The notes beneath the pieces were generated by a model. The model ran no database searches and was not told the DNA's origin. It saw only the letters and a list, made by a program, of their open reading frames with translations. Below are positions 1-14,443 of a stretch of 64,000 bases of DNA, piece by piece; position 1 is the first letter of the stretch, and the number at the start of each line of letters is the position of its first letter. This DNA is from Octopus sinensis. Lineage: Eukaryota. The stretch is from contig NC_042997.1 of the NCBI RefSeq assembly GCF_006345805.1, positions 148,304,001 through 148,368,000 of the forward strand. The letters run 5' to 3'. A program made the translations under genes and the position numbers.

Positions 1-1133
1 GTATTTTCTGAAGTGGCATAATTTAATCCACCTACTTACCTATGTACCCCCGTTTTAAGTGAACCAGGATTTGAAAGATGGCACAGAGCGCTGCTCCAAA
101 AACGGAGAGATCAGTGGCCGAAATCATGTTTCTCACAATACATTTGATAGCCATGGTTCACTGAATGCATTTCGTGTAACAATTTTCTTAATTTTCTTTC
201 TTTTAGATTTGCATTGAAGAGTTAAAAAAACTAGGTTTGGAGACGTCTTACATTACATAGTGACTTTGAGAACAATAAGAAACGGTTCAAAGTTCAAGCC
301 CGAAATGACATTTTCGTTTTAAAAAGATATGAGGTGATATCGTGGTGTCATTTTATCTTCCGCTGAGTCAACTGAAGCAAACATTTCAGTGGGTAAATAT
401 TTCCGAAATATAACTAGATTCGAATTCTTCAAAGATATTTGGTGAATATTCAGTGATTTTTTTTCCCGTGTACGAGTAAGTTAAGAAATCTAAGAAATGT
501 TTAGGGGTTGGAGATATGAGACACGGTCAAGTACGAGAATTTCTCTGATTTTAGACGCGATAAATTACTGTTATATTAACGTGGGATAGCATTAACAGAG
601 AAAAAGCAAAACGGGATATTGCTGCAAAAAACACCCTCATCTAATTATATGTTTATATAGCTACTTGTCAATATGTACATGTTTCTATGTGTGCTTGTGT
701 CTGTGTGCGCGCGCACGCATGAGATTGATGCTGCATGTGTATTCGGATGTTATAAATATTACGAAATAATTCATGATTATAGATTGAAAGAGAGAAATAC
801 ATCATTCGCAAAACACAGCAATGGCGGTTGATACGTATTCGTAGGGAAACAATGATATCATTAGCTGGCGGCGTATGTTTTGTTTTCTCAAATGTTTCGT
901 TGTTCAATATAAATCTATTGGCATTTACTTTTCACAGAAATATATTTCAACAAATATAATATTGACATTAGTAATATCCAGTTCCCCATATTGACAAAAT
1001 GATAAAATCATGAAAATAATAATGACTGATTCATAAATAAATGTGTTTCTGAAGATATTGTGTACAATTACAATTTCCTTAGGTTTTCATTTCGACGAAG
1101 CAGAAATACCACCATGCAGATTCATACATACAT

Positions 1134-1156
1134 ACATACATACATACATACATACA

Positions 1157-1227
<71 letters not shown>

Positions 1228-1256
1228 GTATATATATATACATATATATACACATG

Positions 1257-1323
<67 letters not shown>

Positions 1324-1330
1324 AAAAGAG
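1134..1330. repeat. Compound microsatellite (TACA)n-(TA)n-(GA)n, representative of dozens of similar tracts across the window
   Basis: Directly visible; explains the YI/HT/CV-repeat ORFs in the track. Confidence 0.95.
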
Positions 1331-1561
1331 AGAAGTTTTCTATGTATATACACATATTTACACATATACACACATAATACACATACACACCTATACACAC
1401 ATACGCACACCCACACACACATAGAATGTGTAGTAGATTTGAATGTATGTGTATGTGTGTGTGTATATATATAAAGTTTACATATGCATACATGTTTACT
1501 TGCACTCATTCATAGCTACATGCATACATACATGTATACAAATAAAGGAATATATATATAA

Positions 1562-1687
<126 letters not shown>

Positions 1688-2046
1688 TACATAAATATAG
1701 ATATATCGACTCTAACATATAGATATGATTGTTTGTGTAGTTAAGCACATGAACGCTAATGTTTTCAGAAGTTTAAGCGGATAAATATGTTAACAGATAT
1801 ATACGATTATCATAACCTATAGTCGCATTATATAAAATGAAAAGGAATCAAAATCTACAAATTATGTAAAGAAGTTAAGATAAGCATAACAGGATAAAGG
1901 ATAAACAATCAACTATGTAGAATTTGTTTTTCTTTTTTTATCTGTAACGTCAGTATTAATCCGAAAAGATGCTTATGTACATCAGTGATAAAATACGGAA
2001 GCCCGCTGCCTACTTTTCATTTGATATAAGAATTTTTGAACTTCTT

Positions 2047-2080
<34 letters not shown>

Positions 2081-2335
2081 ATGATGTATGTAAACATGTG
2101 TATATGTAAGAATGTCTGTGTACATGACTGTATGCTTACATGAATGTATGTATGCATGTATATATGAATGTTTGTATATATTATAGTGTATGTACAGAGA
2201 ATTGAATATATAAATGTATGTAAGAATCTATGTAAGTATGTATATTTATATGGATTTATTGATGTATGCAAGCATGTATATATGTAAGTATGTCTGTGTG
2301 CATGAATGTATGTATCCATGATTGTTTGCATCCAC

Positions 2336-2404
<69 letters not shown>

Positions 2405-3691
2405 TATATATATATATGGATGTTTATACCAATATATCTACATATATTGCATATATATATAAATGCATATATATATAAATGCATATATAACTATATGTAC
2501 GAATGGCTGTATGCATGAACGTACGTATGCTTGAATGTACATATATTTGAATATATGTAAGCATATATGTATGAAGGTAAGTATATATATTATGTGTATA
2601 AATAAATGCATATAAAAGTGTTTGCAAGAATCTATATTAGTATGTATAGTTGTATATATTTATGAATGTATGTATAGTTGTATATGTGTGCGAATGTCTG
2701 TATGCATGTATGTATATATTTATATTGTATGTATATATAAATGCATGTATAAATGAAATGTACGAATCTTTGTAGGTATGTATGTATTTTTGTATGTATA
2801 TACATATATTCGTGTGTATGCATGGAAGTATGCATAAGTGTCACTATGTAAATACGTGTGTGCATGTACGTGTGTGTGTCTTTGCATGTGTGCGTTCGTA
2901 TGTAGACGTTTGTTTGTGTGTAAAGATTTATTTATGTGGGATTTACTGCCATGATTGTTATTTCTCTTGTCTTAAGTCTATCTAAAATGATGTGAAACAC
3001 TGTTGCATTAAATATCTAAGTGCATCTAAATCCGCTTAGATAGTGATTAAAAGAATAAATAGCGTTTTTACTTTCTTTTGAAAGAGATTGTCGTGCTCTA
3101 CGCAGAACTGTATGTAATTGAAAGAAAATCAAAAATTTATTTGCGTTTATTAAAAACAGTTTAACGTACAAAGTGTATACATTATGAAAAATTATGAACT
3201 TATTACGATAAATAGACAAATACATGAATATGTGCGAGACTGTATGTATATATGTATGTATGTACGTATGTATGTATGTATTCATGTATACATGCATCCA
3301 TCTATCCCCTCTCTCTGTCTCTCTAGATCTACGATTGCGTCGGATGTGGCGTTTTAAACCAATGTTTTAAAAAGACACCCATATAGATTGCATATCTGCT
3401 TTGGACAAGAGTTGCAGTGAATTTCTGGTCTTTGGAGAATTTGAATATCTTTTGAGGCCTCTATTAGATTTGCAGACCTTATATCATACACAGCATTAGC
3501 AGGCATTGACTGTTCGTTCTTCATGGTGAACTTTAAACCTAGGAAAAGAAAGGCGGAGCCTGTCTCAAATTGTACATGCAAAAAGATTACTGGGATTCAT
3601 TTTTCTCCTCGATCGTAGCATTTTCTTTAAATTTCTTTTGAGTTTCGCATGGGTCATCCTGGTTTCTATATATATATAAGTCACCTCTCAC

Positions 3692-3863
<172 letters not shown>

Positions 3864-4281
3864 GAGATTCAGTTCAGTCAGGTATCTATTCGTGTTGTCG
3901 CTATTGTAGGTATGAATGGACTACACTTCCAAGAATCGCATGAGGCCCATTTGGGGTCATAGCTTGTAAACGATTGTGATTCATTTCTAATTCATTTATC
4001 TCTTTATCAACTACTAAATCTAAGACTTGAGGACTGTGTCTCCTTTGAATAAAGAGCAAAAGTGAGTTGACAGCTGATGGTTACGTATAAGTATACCTTT
4101 CTTCAGGGATATTAGGAGTAGCTATTGAATATAGAGTAACTGTCCAACTGGTCAAAATTATATTTACTTGTTTGTGCAGCTGGTGATGACACTACATTTC
4201 AATTGATGTAATGATTGCATTGTTCCATTAAATGGCACCGCTTGAAACGGTCGTATTGCGTCACAACTTAAAATCCTGTTG

Positions 4282-4394
<113 letters not shown>

Positions 4395-4529
4395 TGTTCA
4401 ATTTACAAGGAAAGATCCAGAGGACCAGTTACAAGATAGCCAGATGTCACACAAGCATCCTAAGAATTAGCAATCACACTTGCGTGTGAGTTAATTCCGG
4501 GAAGAGGTGAGACATGTTTTGGAGAACAC

Positions 4530-4818
4530 AAGAATAATGGAAAATGGAGACAAATGCCCAATCATTTATGTCACCATATCACCGACATATGTTTCGATAG
4601 ATGCATTAAAATAATTCCGAGAGGGAGAATAATGTGGAAAAATGCACCAATTTCATCAGGGAGGATATAAGCAACAGTGATCATCAATAAGTAATTTTAG
4701 TAGATGTTAAATCCTCTCGGATTTATTTTAATGCATCTATCGAAACATGTGTCGGTGATATGGTGATATGAATGATGTAAATAACATCTCGGGGAGTTTG
4801 TCTCCATTTTCCATTATT

Positions 4819-4821
<3 letters not shown>
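4530..4821. mobile_element. Penelope-type terminal-repeat fragment arranged as an inverted repeat (arms about 4530-4624 and 4712-4821)
   Basis: aagaataatggaaaatggagacaaa pairs with tttgtctccattttccattattctt; caccatatcaccgacatatgtttcgatagatgcattaaaataa pairs with ttattttaatgcatctatcgaaacatgtgtcggtgatatggtg; carries a hammerhead-like GAAACATATGTC motif. Confidence 0.6.
4575..4668 (-). ncRNA. Degenerate type-I hammerhead ribozyme with long stem II
   Basis: Minus strand: atcctcc-CTGATGA-aattggtgcatt...aatgcatctatc-GAAA-CATATG-TC-ggtgat; palindromic stem III ACATATGT; stems I and II partly decayed. Confidence 0.5.
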
Positions 4822-4907
<86 letters not shown>

Positions 4908-5611
4908 GCGTATATGTATATATATATTATATATATATATATGCATATATATATACGTAGGTATATAAGCACATCTGACAGCGGCTGGATTAACGTTTAG
5001 CCTGTTCAACTCACTGAGTAATCCGCTTCGTTCACGTTATTCCCATCTGCTTTAATTTAAAAATTTCCTTCTGGTAAATACTTTACAATAAAATATCTAT
5101 TCAATTAACTTGATAAAAAATACTAAAATCTTGTGCTTAATCCAAGTTGTTGAATTTCTGTGATTGCTGTTTACGTATGAGGGCTGGTGTACAGAATAAA
5201 TTATTACTAAGGAGGGCTTTTCAATGAGTAAATGTGCAAATACTTTAAAATGAACGAGGTGGCATTCATATGGAAATGATATGCATCCCGCTACACGGAA
5301 GAAGAGAGAACTGTTTTATACTAATTTAAGATACGGTTGTGTAGTAAAGCACAGTGAAGGTATAGTGACTGAAATCTCAGGATTTGGAAACTTACTTTAG
5401 GCTCCATAAGATCAGGCTCCATAAGGGAGTAATTTATCTTACAGCGATAGATGAGCGTGTTGACGCAAACGTACAATTGTGCAAAGTAGCTCAGTTTTGT
5501 GTTAGGGTTAGGTTCAGGGTTACGGTTTGAAAATCAGACATTGAAAGACTATTAAAGCTGTGTTAAATATGTGTGTAAACACGCTAAAAACCATAAAGAA
5601 AAAACTGTAAT

Positions 5612-5803
5612 ATCGAGTTCAAATTTTGGCATAAGACCAGCATTTTCAAGGGATGGAGTAATTCGATTAAATCGATGCTTGTTATTTTATCGACTCCGAA
5701 AGGATGAAAGGCGATACCCACCTCGGCGGAAATTGAACTCAAAACATAAAGACGGACGAAATGCCGCTAAAAATTCTGCCCGGCGTGCTACTGATTCTAC
5801 TGA
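5612..5803 (-). mobile_element. tRNA-derived SINE (octopus-type), degenerate
   Basis: ttttatcgactccgaaaggatgaaaggc...cctcggcggaaattgaactcaaaacataaagacggacgaaatgccgct; reverse complement has B-box-like GAGTTCAATTTCC; homologous to 18918-19118 and 36699-36850. Confidence 0.8.
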
Positions 5804-6920
5804 TCTGATCTTATGTAGCGGGTTGCCGCTACAGAAGATCAAACTAGGTACCTCGCAAATTCCGGCTAAATGCTCGGCACTATCTTGCTATGTAGCTCTG
5901 ACTATGAAAACCTCTAATACGAGCAATTGTGCTTTGCGTGTGTATATGTGAACATATGTGTGTGTGTGTGTGTCTGTCTGTGTGTGTGTCTGTCTGTGTG
6001 TGTGTGTGTGTTTGCTGAACACATACATGTTTTCTGTAATTCTATATAGTTTCAAGATATAACCCTTGTGTGATTGTTGCTTATCCACTGAATTGTCAAA
6101 CTTATTGCAAAATCCCGTTATTTTCTCAGCCCCATTTTTTCAAAGCATTATGAGCTGTTTGTTTCTACTACGCCCTGCAGTCTCTAAGCTGGGGTAGCAC
6201 GAACAAGTATATTTTTAACATGAATGTATTTCTGACCATCTAAATGTAGTTGCAATCATTTCATGAATGTAAAGAAATGGCGTACAACACCGTAACTAGA
6301 AATAAACGTATCGGGAAGATAACAGGTCGGAATTTCATTGACACACTCTGCACAATAACTGTCTTAGAGAAATATCTTGCCCGAAAGAAATCAGAAAGCA
6401 GATAGAGAATGGGTTAATATTTAACAGTTATATACAATCTTTTCCTCTTATTCCCAACATAATTGTAACTTTAAAGAAGAAAATATCTTTTGCCACTCTA
6501 AAATTTCCCTTCGTAAATATTTTACTTTTGTTAAAATATTCTTTTATTTTAATAACTAATTTCTTTGAGACGCGATGCACAATATATTCATGAACGAATG
6601 TACTACCGTTCATAAAAAAAAACTAAAAAAAAGAAAAGAAAGACAAAAACAAAAAAACCCAACATTTCCATATATGATCTGTATCTTACAATCTACTGAA
6701 TTTGAAATTCAGATTACGGATAACTGTACGTATGATTAAAGCATCTGATAATTATAATGAATAACTATTTTAAAACCCATTTCAGAAAGCTATACAGAAA
6801 GCTAAACACACATACGGCCACTAACATACAAATATACACAGATACGAAAATTGTGGAACGCATACATATGAAGGCTATATAAACACAATTATATATCCAT
6901 GTATGCGTGAGTGTGTGTTG

Positions 6921-6997
<77 letters not shown>

Positions 6998-7464
6998 ATG
7001 TGTGTATGTGTGTTAGAGAGTGAGTGTGTGTGTGTGCAAAGGCGACAAGTCAGATGGTAATTAAAAATGTATTAAAAATGATTCAACTATTCACCAGTAG
7101 TTAGCGACGTCAGATCGCCGAAAACAAATCCTAATGAAACTTTGAAATCATTGCCACAAACTTTACTCACGCACTCGCACCACAAACACGCTTGCGCGTG
7201 CACGAGGGCGCGTTCGTGCCACACACACACATGCGCGCACACACACGTAAATGTATGTATATATTTTTATATATATTTGAGAAATTTTGAGTAATATATA
7301 ATTATATACATGCATATATATATATTTATATATATATGTGTGTGTGTGTGTGTGCGCGTGTAAAAGTGTTTGTGCGTGTCAGTGTGATCATTTATAAATG
7401 CATGCCTATACAATGATTTTTTGAATATAGCTTTATGTATGTCAAAATGTGACCGCGTGTGTAC

Positions 7465-7645
7465 CGTTGGCGATTTTTTTCCTCCGTCTTCCCTTCTCTG
7501 GATCTTTCCTTTTCCTATGTTTCTGACGAAGAGCTCCGCTCAAAATGTAAAACACTCTTTCTTCCCTTGCTTCCTGAGCGTCCAATAATACTATATTTGT
7601 TCCACGTCCTCGTGTTGTTGTGTTTTCATGTTTGGATTAACTATA
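7465..7645 (+). mobile_element. Penelope-like terminal repeat fragment with decayed minimal hammerhead (7519-7553)
   Basis: tgttt-CTGACGA-a-gagc-tcc-gctc-aAAA-tGTA-aaaca; the two core deviations from GAAACGTA are CpG-type transitions. Confidence 0.6.
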
Positions 7646-8239
7646 TATATATGTATCATATTGACTGTCTGCATTCTTCATATTGTCTCATCTGCCTCAT
7701 GGTTAGAGGAGTGTAATACAAGAAATATGGGTTTCAATAGGAAGTTACATCTAGATTTGTAAATTTGTCCTGAGAATCGTATGGAACTGAAGTAGAACAA
7801 AGAGCTGATAGGGAATGGTATCATATGCAGATATCAATGACTTTTTCTATAGAATCACAAATACAATATTCCTGTCATTGACGGCCAATTATTTATGATC
7901 TAAACCTCATTGCTTTTCTTTGATAACACCATTTTTATGTACCACCTGAGCATCTAAGAAATTGTTTTATTTGCTCAAAGTAGAAAGCAAAAGCCTCTAA
8001 TATCACATGCAGATACTTTGGGGGAAATATGGACAATTTGGATATTGCTATGGTAGATGAAAAAGGCATGAAACAAAACGAAACCAAGATGTTTTTTAAA
8101 CTGATATATTTGACAATTATGTCCGCCATTCTATAAATAATGTTGTCATTATCCAATTAATAAAAACTTATTGTTTGAAATAAATGTCAGCTTGTCCGAA
8201 ACAAATACGAGATGAACGCTACATGAATAACTCGGATGA

Positions 8240-8600
8240 TAAAGGTGCTTTCCAGAAGTTTTAAGAATTTTTCAGGAGATGGTGCTATAGCTGTTACTAT
8301 ACATCGAATAAGCTGGCGTTCCAAATTTTGTTATTCCAAATTGAAGGACACCGCTGTAACAGCACTTTGTACATACCATATGAAACACCGCTTGACTTTG
8401 CAGGATGCAGCTGGAACGTGAAGATGATTTGGGAGCTCAAAATTTTTTCTGCGTGAAACTGGGCAAAAGCGCCACGGAAAATTATGGAAACTTCCAGACT
8501 CCTTATAGATGAACCTGTGTAAGCTAAGCATTTGTTTTTCACTGTCAAATCAACTCTACTGGATAATTCACGATGATCCCCTTTCTGAAAAGACGAGCAA
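8240..8600 (+). mobile_element. Mariner transposase N-terminal relic with TIR-like 5' end
   Basis: About 8440-8525 translates FFCVKLGKSATENYGNFQTPYR*TCVS, similar to the mariner N-terminus IKFCVKLGKSATET; aggtgctttccagaagtt resembles a mariner TIR. Confidence 0.6.
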
Positions 8601-9296
8601 GAAAGAGTACTTTCTGAAATTTTGCGAGAGTTCAGGAAGAGGGTCAGACCCCTTGCATGAGACCAATTCACCGTTCCACAAATCTGTTCTGTTAACATTT
8701 TGCAAACGTTCATATTCAGAAGAAAGCAAAGTTCAGTTATGTCGGATCCGTTAATCCAGTCAAACTCCCCACCGTTTATATAACAGCAGCAGTCATTCTC
8801 TAATGCACGTGTGGACCTGAATGTGTAGGTACCGCAATAATTTCCTGGTGCAAAAACGGTGTACAATGTTCTGTGAGTTTCGGATGGGCTTTTGCGCCTG
8901 AAATATAACTACATTTTAAAACTTACCACATTGTCATATATTTTCTGTCTTTTTACATTCTTCGATATTACACTGCTTCAAGTGAACTACAACGCTCTTA
9001 TATATATATATAGAGAGAAAGAGAGAAAATAGTAAAAAGTGAAAAAAACTACAGAAGGCTTGTTTTAAAAGGTTAAAAAATATATATTTGAGTCAATATG
9101 TCTGAAGAATGTTATAAATTCTTTTCCTACAATGACATAGATTTTGAAGAAATGACCGGTTTCGCTTTCAGCTTTTCAAATTTCTTACATCGTTATGTTT
9201 ATGTTGAGAAGAGTTATCGTTATGTTTATGTTGAGGAGAGTTCCAGATAATGGGGGGGTAATAAGAGATTTCTTCCGGTGTAAGGGAGATAATCGC

Positions 9297-9749
9297 TTAA
9301 AATTTCTTGCCTTTCTTTTGGAGTGAATTTCTCTGTGTAAGTATGTTGGAATGGTTAAGTTTGGGCTTGTATTTTTCAATGAAGAATGTTTTCTTGGTTA
9401 GTCTAATTTGTGTTGGTGTTCCGATTGCACATTGGTAAAATGGAAAGATTAAAAATTGTGGTAGTAGTTGCTTTGCGCATTTCTCAATGTGCTCACTAAA
9501 GGGTATCATTCTGTATTCTGGGAATGCAATCTGTTGTCGATGCAGTGTGCATCTACGTCTGAGTGATAGTCCCGTGGACCCCACGTAGTCTTGGTGGCAG
9601 CCCGAGCATTTTATGACATAAATTATGTTTTCAGAGGCACAAGTAAAATTAGATTTGATCTTGAATTTCTGTCCCTCTTTGAAGAGGAATTCTGATCCTT
9701 CTAGCAGGTTTGGACATGTTGCACAGTTCGGTCTACCACATCTTTTTAC
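9297..9749 (-). mobile_element. Penelope-like element GIY-YIG endonuclease domain, 5'-truncated at a (TA)n tract
   Basis: Stop-free frame VKRCGRPNCATCPNLLEGSEFLFKEGQKFKIKSNFTCASENIIYVIKCSGCHQDYVGSTGLSLRRRCTLHRQQ...IRLTKKTFFIEKYKPKLN: CxxC motifs, IIY/YVG, RxxxH and PxLN. Confidence 0.92.
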
Positions 9750-9750
9750 T

Positions 9751-9819
<69 letters not shown>

Positions 9820-10299
9820 ATGAGAGAGTGAGAGTGAGAACATTCATCTCTAAAATAAAAATTATATATATATATATATATATGTATATAATTGATATTT
9901 TATAGATAAATGTTCTCTAAATATAGAGGACACACTAAAGCGTTTAAAACTTCTGAGCCATACGGAGAATAAGAAAAAATAATGATGAGTTGCAAAAGTC
10001 GGGTTACCAATACGCATATATTAAAATATACTCCGTTATAAAAATATTATGTGCACAAAATCATACAATAAAAATGTATAGAATTATAAATACATTCAGA
10101 AATACATTAAAAATATATAAATATATCAATACAAATACACTAAGCATATATTAAAATTATACAAATATATAGTCCAACTTAGAATAAAAACGATATCAAA
10201 AATAGAATCAGTGGAGTATAAATGTAGGATGATATAAATCCATATAGAATGTTTTAAGTCCTCTCTCTCTCTCTCTCTCCATATATATATATATATATA

Positions 10300-10420
10300 A
10301 GACGATGACATATTTATTTTGATGTTCGGGAAAGTGAAAGAGTCTTTTACGTTTCGAGTCTACGCTCTTCAGCAGAAAGGAATAAGAGAAAATAAACACA
10401 GAGAGAATAGATAAAAAAAA
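10300..10420 (-). mobile_element. Penelope-like terminal repeat fragment with hammerhead-like motif (10344-10379)
   Basis: Minus: cttt-CTGCTGA-a-gagc-gtag-actc-GAAA-CGTA-aaag; homologous to the copies near 26980, 40650 and 49450. Confidence 0.7.
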
Positions 10421-11842
10421 AAAATTGTGGATTCAGCGGTCAGCGAAACCGAAGAAGTCAGAAGTAAATGACAAGATACTCTGGTTGAAACAGAGCCATA
10501 TGTAGATACACAGACACAACGAATAGTGAATAAAGTATTAAAATTTCTGGAAATATCGGTCGCACACAAATGAATTTCACACTTGTGATGGGCTGTTTCT
10601 GAACCTAAATATCTGTGCTATCGGCTTGTAACTTCACTGCATTTGTACATTTCAACATACGCATGCTTTATTATGACATCATACATTGCATTTTGGGATA
10701 TTTTTAGTTGAAGTTCTTTATTCTTTCCACATACATTATCAGAACTATAGTCACAAATCCGATCAAGTTTTCTTCGAAATATTCTAGATACTTCTACATA
10801 CATATATACAAAAGCATAAATGCATTGATATGTATATGAAATTTATATATATGTACGATATCAAATAGACGCACACATACACACACACAAATATGTACAC
10901 ACACACACATATATATATATGCATGCATACTCACACATACACATATACCACCCACACTACACATACATATGTATACATGCACACGTATAAACTGTTCAGA
11001 ATTAGGGTGTAATTTGGAAATTAGACAATTACTTGAAAGGAAAAATGCCACCATAATTGCCCTCAATGAAATGACTATATACATACAGACATGTTGGCGC
11101 GCGTGAGCGTGTCATATATGCGCGTATGTGTGTACATACATACATATTATATATAAACATATCTATATATGATTGTATGTATATCGATAATCTTTCGCAT
11201 ACAGTGACTTGTATCATTTCATAATATATCTCAAATACCACTTACCCACCTTTGGTGAATCGAATTTACAAACTGACCTTTGGCTCTAGCAGGGCAAACA
11301 TTTCGAAAATAACATGGGAGAATCTACAACAGAAGCATCAAAATTAGATTTATCTTAGAAGCATTAAAACTGAAATGTGAATTTATCAGAGATACAGTAA
11401 ACATTATCGTGTCTGTTACGAGAGTCTTCGCAATGGTTTTTATGCTTTCATTTGTTTGTTAAGTGCCATAGTAGTATCACCACACAAAGAATGTTAAAAC
11501 ATTTATACTATAAAAGAACAGAAATGTCCGAATTTGCTTCTCATGTTTCTCAACAGAAAAACAAACGCACATACAAAAAATAAATGAAGAGGCAAAATAT
11601 AACATTAATAGTCAGCTCCACCACTGCCTTTACAAGAAATACTGGAATGGAAACGAATGCTGGACGACGGCTTTTACTCTCTTTCTCTTTGAACAATACT
11701 CCACTTATCAGGTTCTGATGATACATATATGCATGTAAGTTTATATAATGCATTTGGGTAAACGAAAGCATATAATATGACGGGTAGTAATACACAGGAA
11801 ACAACTCATAGAAATAGGCAAGCTGACACATAGATGTATATA

Positions 11843-11880
<38 letters not shown>

Positions 11881-11895
11881 TGTATATATATATAT

Positions 11896-11964
<69 letters not shown>

Positions 11965-12599
11965 GGGTGTATACGTGATTATATTTAAGTCTGTATATAT
12001 ACATATGTGTATATATAATGTGCATTCACATACATATACATACATGTGTATGTATATTTATATATATATACATATATATATACACACATGTATCCAAATA
12101 TATCTATATACATCTCAGTATGTACATACATGCATATATATATATATATATATAATATATATATATATTATATATATATATATACATATATATGTGTGTA
12201 TGTATGTATGTATGTACATGTATATACATACATCATGCATACATACGTCCTCACTCATATATGTGTTTTATGTGTTTGTGCATTGTTTGCTTTGCTTTTT
12301 TTAATTGTTTTATAGCTGCTAAATTTTCCATACAATATTTGACCTTTGAAACAGATTAAAAGTCGTTGAAGTTATTATTTTCGATATTATGCAACATATA
12401 TTTTCTTCATGTTCCAGTAATGCATACTATGGGACCCTTTAAAATATAAATCTATATATTGATTTTGTATAACAAAAGTAACAAATACATAAGATAGCTG
12501 GATGTCATAAACGGTAGTGTCGGTTAAAATACATTGTAGGTTCCATAACGTCTCTTTTCTGCTCTGCAGAGTCCATTATATCTGCAATAGAAAATACAA

Positions 12600-13500
12600 A
12601 AAGTAGATAAAGTCGCATGTTGGTGAGAAGCTGCAGTTTATCCGTTAGCGATAGAGAGCCAGTCAACCGATTAGCTCATGTCTGGAAACGCCCCAAGATA
12701 TTACAGGTAGCAGGAGCAGCACAACTTTGTGGGTTGATTTAAACCTTGTAGATGCCAATACTGTGATCTGAAAGACCTTGTTCTTAACAGAGAGGCTAGT
12801 TTAGGAATAGATTACATGGAATTTTAAGGATGAAGTGTTTACACGACACGAGGAAATGTTGTTGACTGTGGGGTCCAAAATTGTGAGCTACTCTCATAGA
12901 TGCAGATTTGTGTCACTCATGTTTAGATCAACATTTATGTAGTTGTGGTGGTGCTTTCTTGATATGAGTTGTGCTTGAGCTTTTTGTCCTTAATGTAAAC
13001 AATGTCTGTATGGATCAACTGGAGGATGCCTTGAGGTTTCCTTTTATAGATTCATTGCAGTTCGGTGTATACTTCAAATGCTGTATGTAGATGTTGCTTG
13101 ATTAATGATAGTTAGGCACAAATAAAAGGTTACTTCAGCTGCATATGAGTGGGCGGTATTGAATTATAAGAGAAAGGATATGTAATACAGAACGAAACCT
13201 AGCGGTGCACCAATGTTGACAGTGTACTAGTGAAACAAATGGGGCTCCGTGCACAAGTGCTGCGTAAGTGCAATCTCAAAAGAAGCTTCTGATATGAGAG
13301 ATATGAAAGAATGGTTGAGCCAGTAGACGAGACATTCTGATGTGAGTTTTGTATGTCTGACATATTTGACGGCGTTTCGGATGTCTCGAGCTACACAGAG
13401 CATTCGCTGTACATCTCTTAAATAAGTTTATCGGTGAGTAACATTAGAGAGTAGGCCACCGTGTAAACTGGCTCTGCTGAGAGTACGTCTGCCGTGGGAC
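12600..13500 (-). mobile_element. Highly degenerate CR1/Jockey-group LINE reverse transcriptase relic
   Basis: Minus translations VARDIRNAVKYVRHTKL (cf. VALDISKAFDRVWH) and NIGAPLGFVL...SYAAEVTFYL (cf. GVPQGSVL...SYADDTTLY); many stops and frameshifts. 13690-13990 may be upstream linker of the same element. Confidence 0.6.
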
Positions 13501-14397
13501 CTGGCTCTATTCACCGAGAAAGAATATGAATGGTATATTCATATGAATGGTATATTCACCGAGAAAGAATATGAATGAACACCAATATTCATGGCAGCCT
13601 CAATTACATTATAGCATTATAAGTGAAAGCTGAAAAATTTGTCTTGCTCTGGAATAGAACAAACACAATCGTACTTTTAAATATTGGATTATCTCACCGT
13701 AGGTAATGAATGTTTAAAGACTTTAGTGGGGATATCAGTGCACGTTCTGGGGTGCCTCGTTTAAATTTAAAGGTAGTGACATGGAGTGGATCTGTCTTTT
13801 TGAAGAAATTGGAAGGATTTCTGCATTTGGAGAGTGTAAGACGGTGGGGCACAGAGTCCCTTGGATCAGACACGGGGCAATCTTTTGGGTATTGATGAAG
13901 GATACGTAGTGTGAAGTTGGACGAAATGTAAGCAGCGAATGTATAGAAATTAAATAAAGTTCTTGCGATCTTTGTCATCTACGGATTAAGCGAAGATCTG
14001 TTTATTCTAGTGTTCCCATTTATTAAAACGTAACAGTCTGAATACACATTTTTACGTTCTAGATGTATTTTGAAAAGAATAATTAGAAACAACAGAGATT
14101 AGTACGCTGCTTCATCAGTTGCTGATATTCAATTTAAGATCGTGTCTGATAAGGTCACATTTCAATAATTGAAACTAGGAAAAAGTCTATAGAATTTTCA
14201 TGACATGCTTTTACTATCGTCTCTAAATTTACAATTTTAGGTGATAAAAATTGAACTTCCGTCCAAGTATTGGTAGCTATAAGGTATTAATAAACCGTTG
14301 TCCTAAAATAATTTCTGTACTTAGCTCTTCAAAGATAAATAATTAGAAGAGTGGAGTGGAATTATACAGTGTAAATACAAATAGATGCTTTATTTCT

Positions 14398-14443
14398 CTC
14401 TAGTTTCAGCTCAGAGCTACGGCCATGCTGTTGCATTGCCGTT
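14398..14443 (-). mobile_element. Isolated CR1/SINE-type 3' tail
   Basis: ctctagtttcagctcagagctacggccatgct is nearly identical to the tail at 44503-44546. Confidence 0.6.

Noticed and set aside
208-262. Plus-strand acceptor followed by ICIEELKKLGLETSYIT*
   Set aside because: Too short, with no recognisable homology or partner exon inside the window.
5502-5528. TTAGGG-like run (gttagggttaggttcagggttacggttt)
   Set aside because: Only about four degenerate units; too short to call an interstitial telomere.
10618-10803. Protein-like ORF MYVEVSRIFRRK...
   Set aside because: No polypyrimidine acceptor, no known motif, and a length expected by chance.
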